From contig CAYRML010000002.1 in assembly GCA_964425485.1 (NCBI GenBank), positions 1 to 44,855 of the forward strand: 44,855 bases of DNA, read 5' to 3'. Shown piece after piece: positions 28,053-34,814 of the stretch. Every line of letters begins with the position of its first letter. Within the stretch, counting starts at the first letter, position 1. This DNA comes from an uncultured Peptococcaceae bacterium. Its GTDB lineage: Bacteria; Bacillota; Dehalobacteriia; UBA4068. The translations under genes were made by a program, and so were the position numbers. Under the pieces are notes generated by a model. It had not been told where the DNA came from. It saw nothing but the letters and a program-made list of their open reading frames with translations, and searched no databases.

Positions 28053-29054
28053 TTATTGCGGTTCTTCCAGTTTCTCTTCCAGCCAGGATATCAGGTCTTC
28101 AACCAGCTGGGCCTGCTTTTCATCTACTGGTATTTGCCGCCAGATTGGCGCTATGGCTTCAGACAAAAGCGGCGCGTCGGGCAGGGCTCTTGCCAGCTCT
28201 GTGATCAGATCGGCATCCATGGCATCGGAAAAAAGAGCGGCTTCCCTGATCAGTCCCTGTTGGGCCAAAAGGCAAAGCTGAACCTCGCCCCAGAAGAAGC
28301 GCCGCTCAAAGCTCATAGAAAAGCGCGGCGCAGCGCCGAAACGCCATTGCCGGGAGGAAAACTTTTCATACAGGCTGCCCAAATCCAACAAGGAGGTATC
28401 CACAATTTGGGTTTCGCACTGGCAGCAACAAGCGGCAAAGGAGCGGCAAAGAGCTTCCCGCAAATCAGCCACCTGCATAGAAGGAGCCAGCTCCCGCAGA
28501 TTGACGACTCTTTGCCGCAGGGACTCCACCCCTTTGGAGTGTATCTTCTCGGGCGAAGGCCGCAAATAGCGCTGCAAGGCAGATAAATCGCTTGCCACCA
28601 GCAAAGTCCCGTGATGGAGGGAATTGGCCCGCTGATGACAAAAGGCATTGCCGGAAAATTTACGGCCGGCGGCCAGCAAATCGTTGCGTCCGCTGAACTC
28701 GGCATCGATGTCAACAGCACGCACGGCCTGCAAAATGATGTTCAGCTGCGACTGCAGGTCATAATCGGCGCGGGGCCGGATAAAAGTAAAATTAAGATTA
28801 CCCAGATCATGAAAGACGGCGCCACCGCCGGAAATACGCCGGGCCAAGTGTCCGCCGGCAGCAGCCAAGGATTGCCAATCACATTCTCGCCAAGCATTCT
28901 GATGGCGGCCGATGACCACGGTATTATGGTTCTGCCACAAATACAAAACAAATTCATGCGGCTGAACCTCATGCAAAAGCTGCTCTTCAAAGGCCTGATT
29001 ATGCCAAGGTAAAGAGCAGGCGGAAATATATATACGGCCTATGGGCAAATCCAT
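28053..29054 (-). CDS. lplA: Lipoate--protein ligase
   Basis: Contains NTVVIGRHQN, RRISGGGAVFHDLGNLNFTFI and GRKFSGNAF (catalytic Lys context), with good colinearity to LplA/LplJ. Confidence 0.9.
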   Translation of the reverse strand: MDLPIGRIYISACSLPWHNQAFEEQLLHEVQPHEFVLYLWQNHNTVVIGRHQNAWRECDWQSLAAAGGHLARRISGGGAVFHDLGNLNFTFIRPRADYDLQSQLNIILQAVRAVDIDAEFSGRNDLLAAGRKFSGNAFCHQRANSLHHGTLLVASDLSALQRYLRPSPEKIHSKGVESLRQRVVNLRELAPSMQVADLREALCRSFAACCCQCETQIVDTSLLDLGSLYEKFSSRQWRFGAAPRFSMSFERRFFWGEVQLCLLAQQGLIREAALFSDAMDADLITELARALPDAPLLSEAIAPIWRQIPVDEKQAQLVEDLISWLEEKLEEPQ

Positions 29055-29215
29055 CTTCAGTCACCACCATATATTATAGCATTATAGCAGATTCTACATA
29101 AAACGGCATATTCCTTTTGCCAAAACCCGGTCATGCTTTTTCCCGTATGGCCAGGCACCATCAGCAGACAGCCGAATATTCTTTTATCAGTATAGTATTA
29201 TAAGGAGTGAATTTA

Positions 29216-29758
29216 ATGATTATTCATACCGTAGAACGAGGAGATACGTTGTGGCAAATAGCCAAAATGCATCGTGTCAGTTTAGATGCGCTCATAGCAG
29301 CCAATCCACAGATCATGGATCCCAACAAGATATTGCCGGGCACGCAAATTTATGTGCCAAGCCATGCCGGCCATCCGCGCGGCATCTGCCCCCTGGAACC
29401 ACAGGCCGCGGAGCCCAGAGCGCAGGCTTCCATGCAGCCGCTCGAGGCCGACCCGCCCCTTATATATCAGGTAAATCCAGGGGAAAGCTGGCAGATTATA
29501 GCGGCCAGATATGGCTTAACAGTGGGGGAAATAAAGCGCTGCAATGGCCATCTGGCCAATGAGGAACTGGATTGCGGCCACAAGATTCTCATCCCCTGCC
29601 CTGCCCTGCCCACAAAAATGAAGGATCAATTTATGGAAAATACAGAGCCACAACAGTGTCCGGATAACTTCTCCAATACGCAGATTAGGCCATTGGCTCC
29701 AGGCAGCGGCCGCATGCTTTATTGTCCTTATTGCGGCAAAAAAATTCCCCTATCTTAA
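29216..29758 (+). CDS. Two-LysM-domain protein with C-terminal CPYC zinc-ribbon-like motif and no signal peptide
   Basis: LysM1 is HTVERGDTLWQIAKMHRVSLDALIAANPQI...ILPGTQIYVP. LysM2 is YQVNPGESWQIIAARYGLTVGEIKRCNG...GHKILIP. The protein ends ...YCPYCGKKIPLS. ATG at 29216 has AAGGAG 8 nt upstream. This is the only plus-strand gene in the window. Confidence 0.8.
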   Translation: MIIHTVERGDTLWQIAKMHRVSLDALIAANPQIMDPNKILPGTQIYVPSHAGHPRGICPLEPQAAEPRAQASMQPLEADPPLIYQVNPGESWQIIAARYGLTVGEIKRCNGHLANEELDCGHKILIPCPALPTKMKDQFMENTEPQQCPDNFSNTQIRPLAPGSGRMLYCPYCGKKIPLS

Positions 29759-29775
29759 TAAAAAAGGTCTTTAAA
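29733..29775 (+). repeat. Left copy of an imperfect direct repeat (covers the last codons of the LysM gene and the sequence just after it)
   Basis: GCGGCAAAAAAATTCCCCTATCTTAATAAAAAAGGTCTTTAAA, compared with the right copy at 32025-32070. About 39 positions are identical. Confidence 0.6.
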
Positions 29776-30104
29776 TTATGAGGATTATTCCGGGGCCCAT
29801 TTCCCCATAGACAACCCTACTATGCACAGGCCTGATAAACACCTCTTATTGGGAATTGAAATCAAACAAATCCCTGGTTCGGCAGGAATACCCTAATCGC
29901 TGAAGATGGGGCGAAAAATCACGCTTGCCCTTGCTGGATAACATCAGTTATATCCACCGATACAAAATCCACATATCATTTTAATGAGAGCTGCAAAAAC
30001 CGAGCCGGCTGGTCCGGGCCCGGAAAACAGGCTGCGGGGAAGCGCCGTAGGCCCACTGCAAAATAACAGGTGCTTTTTAATCCGTATTTTGCAGATAACT
30101 TGGC

Positions 30105-30146
30105 ATTAACACAACAAAGCTCCGGCAGTCGATGCTGCTGGAGCTT
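30105..30146 (-). terminator. Intrinsic terminator after trpB2 (possibly bidirectional)
   Basis: AAGCTCCAGCAG-N6-CTGCCGGAGCTT (12-bp stem, one G-U pair), followed by TGTTGTGTT on the minus strand. Confidence 0.6.
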
Positions 30147-30180
30147 ATGTATTTAATTATACGCTAAAATTAAGCACTTG

Positions 30181-31548
30181 TTAATCAATTTTAGGCAAAG
30201 AGTTGAAGCCGGCTTCCAGATCTGCATCGTTGGGGACATAGTCATCCATGTTACCATTGTTGAAAGATTGATATGCGGAAAGATCGAAAAACCCAGTTCC
30301 GGTCAGGCCGAAGACGATATTTTTGGCCTCGCCGCTGTCCTTGCACTTCAATGCCTCGTCCACTGCCACCTTGATGGCATGAGCAGATTCCGGAGCCGGC
30401 AGCGTGCCTTCACATTTGCAGAAAATCTTGGCTGCCTGAAACACGCTGTGCTGATTAACGGCCCGGGCCTCAAGATAGCCATCGTGATACAGTTTGGAAA
30501 TAATAGGGCTCATACCATGGAAGCGCAGGCCACCAGCATGATTAGGCGAGGGAATGAAGCCATTGCCTAAAGTATACATGCTTATCAATGGCGTCATATT
30601 GCCGGTATCGCCAAAATCGTAAGCATAGCGGCCACGGCTCAAGGAAGGGCAGGAAGCAGGCTCTACGGCAATAAATCGGATATTGTTTTTTCCCTGTATC
30701 CGTTGGGCCATAAAAGGGGCGATCAGCCCACCCAGATTAGAACCACCGCCGGCGCAGCCGATGATGATATCCGGCATCACTTCATATTTATCTAATGCCA
30801 GCTTGGTTTCCTGACCGATTACGGACTGATGTAGCAGAACATAGTTGAGCACGCTGCCCAGCACATAACGGTAATTTTCGTTTTGCGAAGCCACTTCTAA
30901 AGCCTCGGAAATGGCACAACCAAGAGAACCTCCGGTATCGGGATGTGCCTTTAGGATACTACGGCCGATCGCCGTAGTTTCGGAAGGGGAAGCGACCACT
31001 TTAGCGCCATAAGTCTCCATCACAGTACGGCGCTGGGGTTTCTGCTCGGCGCTGACCTTAACCATAAACACCTTCAAATCCAGATCGAAGAAGCCGCAGG
31101 CCATCGCAAGGGCCGTACCCCACTGGCCGGCACCGGTCTCGGTGGTCAATCCGGTCAATCCTTGTTTCTTAGCATAATAAGCCTGGGGGATGGCAGAATT
31201 GAGCTTATGGCTGCCGGAGGTATTGTTACCTTCAAATTTATAATAGATATGGGCCGGCGTATCCAGCGTCTTTTCCAGATTATAGGCACGGGCCAGAAGC
31301 GATGGGCGGTACATGGCATAGAATGCCTGTACTTGCTCGGGAATATCTATATAGGGGTCGGTAGCGTTCAGTTCTTGGTCCACCAGATCTTGACAGAATA
31401 CCCGGCTTAAATCATCGGCGCTCACAGGCTTCAATGTAGCCGGGTGCAGCATGGGAAGGGGCTGTTCTTTCATAAAAGCGCATAGATTAAGCCACTGGCG
31501 AGGCAGCTCCTGTTCTTTAAGGTATAGCTTGTAGGGAATAGTTCTCAT
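30181..31548 (-). CDS. TrpB-like PLP-dependent enzyme (TrpB2-type tryptophan synthase beta homologue)
   Basis: 455 aa, the long TrpB2 form. Contains YYKFEGNNTSGSHKLNSA (PLP-lysine region), ETGAGQWG and GCAGGGSNLGG. RBS AAAGGAGAA is present. Confidence 0.9.
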   Translation of the reverse strand: MRTIPYKLYLKEQELPRQWLNLCAFMKEQPLPMLHPATLKPVSADDLSRVFCQDLVDQELNATDPYIDIPEQVQAFYAMYRPSLLARAYNLEKTLDTPAHIYYKFEGNNTSGSHKLNSAIPQAYYAKKQGLTGLTTETGAGQWGTALAMACGFFDLDLKVFMVKVSAEQKPQRRTVMETYGAKVVASPSETTAIGRSILKAHPDTGGSLGCAISEALEVASQNENYRYVLGSVLNYVLLHQSVIGQETKLALDKYEVMPDIIIGCAGGGSNLGGLIAPFMAQRIQGKNNIRFIAVEPASCPSLSRGRYAYDFGDTGNMTPLISMYTLGNGFIPSPNHAGGLRFHGMSPIISKLYHDGYLEARAVNQHSVFQAAKIFCKCEGTLPAPESAHAIKVAVDEALKCKDSGEAKNIVFGLTGTGFFDLSAYQSFNNGNMDDYVPNDADLEAGFNSLPKID

Positions 31549-31611
31549 ACAATTGGTTCTCCTTTCAAAATATCATTTTATTATGCCAATGATATAGCAA
31601 GGGAAGTCCCG

Positions 31612-31873
31612 GAAAATAAAAAACCCCTGTCCCAAGCTTGGGACAGAGATGCTCTGCGGTGCCACCCAAATTGCCGGTCTTGCAACCAGCCGCTTTATCA
31701 TATGCCATCACATATGCTCTGCTTGATCACGGACAGAGTGCCGTCGACTATTAGTCGCCCTCATGAGTCCATTCGCTTATCGACCTTGCGCCGCGATCTC
31801 ACCTCCCGCGACTCTCTGTGGCTTAGTGCTTAATAAGTTACTATTCTCAATCATAGGTTTGCGTATTTAATTA
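31612..31873 (-). promoter_or_regulatory. T-box riboswitch leader with Trp specifier (UGG)
   Basis: Minus strand has AGAGAG, then a Stem I specifier loop GCG-AA-UGG-A-CUC (UGG at 31771-31769). The T-box sequence is AAUUUGGGUGGCACCGCAGAG (core 31656-31667). The terminator is CUCUGUCCC-AAGCUU-GGGACAGGGG plus UUUUUUAUUUU (31612-31648). Confidence 0.85.
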
Positions 31874-31879
31874 TGCTAC

Positions 31880-31908
31880 AGTATATTATCAATAATATGC
31901 TTTGTCAA
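31880..31908 (-). promoter_or_regulatory. Promoter of the Trp T-box leader
   Basis: Minus strand reads TTGACA (31908-31903), a 17-nt spacer, then TATACT (31885-31880). Confidence 0.55.
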
Positions 31909-32024
31909 TAGCGAAGCATAGTTTTATAAATTTTGTGGCTTCAGCCTAAAACAGCAAGCCGGAAAATTACAAGGTAAATGTGTTTATTATGCCTGAACTA
32001 TACATAAAAGATAAAGCGTGCTGC

Positions 32025-32070
32025 GCGGCAAAAACTCCCCTTATCTTAATAAAAAAAGGGCTTTTTTAAA
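32025..32070 (+). repeat. Right copy of the imperfect direct repeat (non-coding; contains the left half of the HAD-gene terminator)
   Basis: GCGGCAAAAACTCCCCTTATCTTAATAAAAAAAGGGCTTTTTTAAA. See the left copy at 29733-29775. Confidence 0.6.
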
Positions 32071-32080
32071 GCCCCTTTTT
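32050..32080 (-). terminator. Short hairpin plus T-run after the HAD hydrolase gene
   Basis: Minus strand reads AAGGGGC-TTTAAAAAA-GCCCTTT followed by TTTT. The stem is weak. Confidence 0.45.
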
Positions 32081-32782
32081 TTATGAACGATTGATAAAAT
32101 CCAGTAATTCCCGCAAAGTGCCATGATAGTCGGCTTTAACCAAATCGGCTGGCGAAGGATCATCAGCTATAAGAAAGGTCCTCAGCCCCACATCCTTAGC
32201 TGCCATATCTTCTTTTGGATCATTGCCGGCCATCAGGCAAGAAGAAGCATCCTCAATACCCATATTGCCGATGATCTCCTGGTAAAATAGAGGATTAGGT
32301 TTGGCATAATGCAGCATATCCACACCGGGGATAAAATCAAACTGCTGCGGATCTATGCCGCACCAGCGAACTCTTTCCACCATGGAAAATTGCGGCATAA
32401 GGACATTGGAAGCCAAAGCCAGCTGCCAGCCTTTGGCCTTGGCGGCTTCGATCACCTCCGCCGCCAGCGGCAATTGGCTGACCATATAACTGAATTTAGG
32501 AAATTGCTCTTGATAGTATTTCAGCAGCCGCTTATTGACCAGCGCCGGATCCCAATGCATACGTTGAGAAAAATCCTGGATAAAGACCTCATAGCAGGAA
32601 AGGTCTTGGCTGGGATTTTTTATGCAAAAAGAGGTGGATTTCATCACACTTGGGAAAAAATCCTCCGCAGGAATCTCCGCAAAAGATGTCCTGCCCATAT
32701 CGCAAACATAATCTTTGGTGAAAGCTTCGGCATCCATCAGACATAAGGTGCCGTCAAGGTCAAAAAGCATTGCTCGAGTCAT
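32081..32782 (-). CDS. HAD-superfamily hydrolase
   Basis: Begins MLFDLDGTL (motif I DxDxT) and carries a downstream GNDPKED-type motif IV. Confidence 0.8.
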   Translation of the reverse strand: MTRAMLFDLDGTLCLMDAEAFTKDYVCDMGRTSFAEIPAEDFFPSVMKSTSFCIKNPSQDLSCYEVFIQDFSQRMHWDPALVNKRLLKYYQEQFPKFSYMVSQLPLAAEVIEAAKAKGWQLALASNVLMPQFSMVERVRWCGIDPQQFDFIPGVDMLHYAKPNPLFYQEIIGNMGIEDASSCLMAGNDPKEDMAAKDVGLRTFLIADDPSPADLVKADYHGTLRELLDFINRS

Positions 32783-32806
32783 AATTTCTCCTCAAAAATA
32801 AAAGAC

Positions 32807-33007
32807 TTAGGCTTCAGCCATTTTATTCAGGTCATCAATCAAGGAATCAACATCGATACCATGAGCAGAAGCGCCTTGTTCGATATTTTCAAAATGAGCG
32901 GCGGCACAACCGACACAGCCCATACCGTGATCCATAAAAACAGCGGCAGCTTGCGGCCATTTTTGCACAACGTCCATAATGCTCATATCTTTAGTAATAG
33001 TAGCCAT
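32807..33007 (-). CDS. DUF1858 / hybrid-cluster-protein-associated redox disulfide domain protein
   Basis: 66 aa: MATITKDMSIMDVVQKWPQAAAVFMDHGMGCVGCAAAHFENIEQGASAHGID. GMGCVGC is the family signature. ATG at 33007 has GGGGAGG upstream. Confidence 0.75.
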   Translation of the reverse strand: MATITKDMSIMDVVQKWPQAAAVFMDHGMGCVGCAAAHFENIEQGASAHGIDVDSLIDDLNKMAEA

Positions 33008-33194
33008 AATAAACCTCCCCATACATTTTTATTTAGTATATACCATTTTGTGCTAAATTAAAAGTATATTTTTCAGTAATAACAGAAAAATCTGCCTCTG
33101 CCCTTGAACCGGTAACCATAATCACCACTACAGCCCACTTCGCACATCATCCCCCAAGGGGTGCACCCCCACCCCCTTGCACACCCCTCTCAAC

Positions 33195-33226
33195 TGAAAA
33201 AGGCCTCCCCGTAAAGGGGAGGCCTT
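33195..33226 (-). terminator. Intrinsic terminator after gdhA
   Basis: AGGCCTCCCC-TTTAC-GGGGAGGCCT (33201-33225), followed by TTTTTC on the minus strand. Confidence 0.7.
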
Positions 33227-33257
33227 TGGTTTGAGCTAATATTGGAATCGGAATCGA

Positions 33258-34592
33258 TTAAACAACACCTTGAGCGATCATAGCATCAGCAATTTTGATG
33301 AAACCACCGATATTAGCACCATCGACATAGTTGGTGTAGCTGCCTTCTTTACCATATTCTTGGCAAGTGGCATGGATATTTTCCATGATGGTTTTCAGTT
33401 TTGCATCGACTTCTTCTGCACTCCAGTAATAACGCATGCTGTTTTGAGCCATTTCCAAACCGGAAACGCCAACACCACCAGCATTAGCAGCTTTGCCAGG
33501 AGCAAAGAGGATTTTGGCATCGAGGAAGCAGTTAACAGCATCTTCGGAGGAAGGCATATTAGCAGCTTCGCAAACGCATTTTACGCCGTTATTCAACAGA
33601 GCTTTAGCGTCATTCAAATCTAATTCGTTTTGGCGAGAGGTAGGAACAGCGATATCACAAGGAACAACCCAGGGGCTGCCTTCTTTGTATTCAAGACCAT
33701 ATTTTTCAGCATAGTCTTTGATAGGACGACGATATACAGTCCACAAAGTTTTGATGTATTCCAGTTTTTCGCCGGAAACGCCATCTGGATCATAAACATA
33801 ACCGAAGGGGTCAGCAACGGTGATAATTTTACCGCCTAATTGGTGAACTTTTTCAATGAAGAAGGAACCAACATTACCATAACCGGATGCAGCAACTCTT
33901 TGACCTTCAATGCTCATGCCTTTGGTAGCCAGCATTTGTTGAAGGAAGTATGCAACGCCGTAACCAGTAGCTTGTGTACGGATCAAGCTGCCGCCCCAGC
34001 CAACACCTTTACCGGTGAGAACGCCGGTGTATTCATTAGCAAGTCTTTTGTATTGGCCGAAGAGATAACCGATTTCCCGGCCGCCGACACCAATATCACC
34101 GGCAGGAACGTCGGTGTTGGGGCCGATGTGGCGGAACAATTCGGTCATGAAGGATTGGCAAAAGCGCATAACTTCAGCGTCGGATTTACCTCTGCCGTCG
34201 AAGTTAGAGCCACCTTTACCACCGCCCAAAGGCAGGTTGGTCAAGCTGTTTTTGAAGATTTGTTCGAAACCTAAGAATTTAAGGGTGCCGACAGTAACGT
34301 TGGGAGCAAAACGCAGACCGCCTTTGTAAGGACCAATGGCGCTGTTGAATTGAACTCTCCAGCCTTTGTTAACTTGGATTTCGCCTTTGTCATCAACCCA
34401 AGGAACACGGAAAGAGATGGTGCGTTCAGGCTCTACTAAACGTTCCAAGATTTTGTTTTCAGCATATTTGGGGTTTTTGTCAATGAAAGGTGCCAAGGAA
34501 ATAACAACTTCCTTTACCGCTTGATGGAATTCTGGTTCTGCAGGGTTTTGGGCAATCAGGTTGTCCATAAACTCTTGTACATTAATAGTCAC
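33258..34592 (-). CDS. gdhA: Glutamate dehydrogenase (GdhA-type, hexameric family)
   Basis: Contains PYKGGLRF and LPLGGGKGGSNFD (the Glu/Leu/Phe/Val dehydrogenase active-site region). GTG at 34592 has GGGAGG plus 7 nt upstream; the track ORF is 14 codons longer. Confidence 0.93.
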   Translation of the reverse strand: MTINVQEFMDNLIAQNPAEPEFHQAVKEVVISLAPFIDKNPKYAENKILERLVEPERTISFRVPWVDDKGEIQVNKGWRVQFNSAIGPYKGGLRFAPNVTVGTLKFLGFEQIFKNSLTNLPLGGGKGGSNFDGRGKSDAEVMRFCQSFMTELFRHIGPNTDVPAGDIGVGGREIGYLFGQYKRLANEYTGVLTGKGVGWGGSLIRTQATGYGVAYFLQQMLATKGMSIEGQRVAASGYGNVGSFFIEKVHQLGGKIITVADPFGYVYDPDGVSGEKLEYIKTLWTVYRRPIKDYAEKYGLEYKEGSPWVVPCDIAVPTSRQNELDLNDAKALLNNGVKCVCEAANMPSSEDAVNCFLDAKILFAPGKAANAGGVGVSGLEMAQNSMRYYWSAEEVDAKLKTIMENIHATCQEYGKEGSYTNYVDGANIGGFIKIADAMIAQGVV

Positions 34593-34733
34593 AAAAAAAC
34601 CTCCCTTTAATTTTCTTATGATCAAAGACCACAAGTTAATAAATTTATCACATTACAGACAGAATTTTGCCTGTAAAGAGCAAAACTGATAAAAAACAAT
34701 ACAATTTCCGGCGTTTTAGCACACCCGCTATAG

Positions 34734-34762
34734 ATTGTACCTCTTTTCTTATAAAAAGACAA
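34734..34762 (-). promoter_or_regulatory. Candidate gdhA promoter
   Basis: Minus strand reads TTGTCT (34762-34757), a 17-nt spacer, then TACAAT (34739-34734). This implies a leader of about 135 nt. Confidence 0.45.
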
Positions 34763-34814
34763 GTGTTTCAGCAATTATCAAAATATTTTTACAACTCCTG
34801 TTCGACCTTTTATT

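Noticed and set aside
29776-30105. Possible identity as SRP RNA, RNase P RNA, tmRNA, 6S RNA or a TPP/cobalamin/ZTP riboswitch
   Set aside because: GGUCCGGGCCCGGAAAACAGGCUGC superficially recalls the SRP helix-8 GGUCCGGAAGGAAGCAGCC, and CUGGAUAACAUCAG recalls the TPP CUGGAUAAUGCCAG. In each case the surrounding conserved nucleotides and helices are missing. The region is kept only as an unassigned finding.
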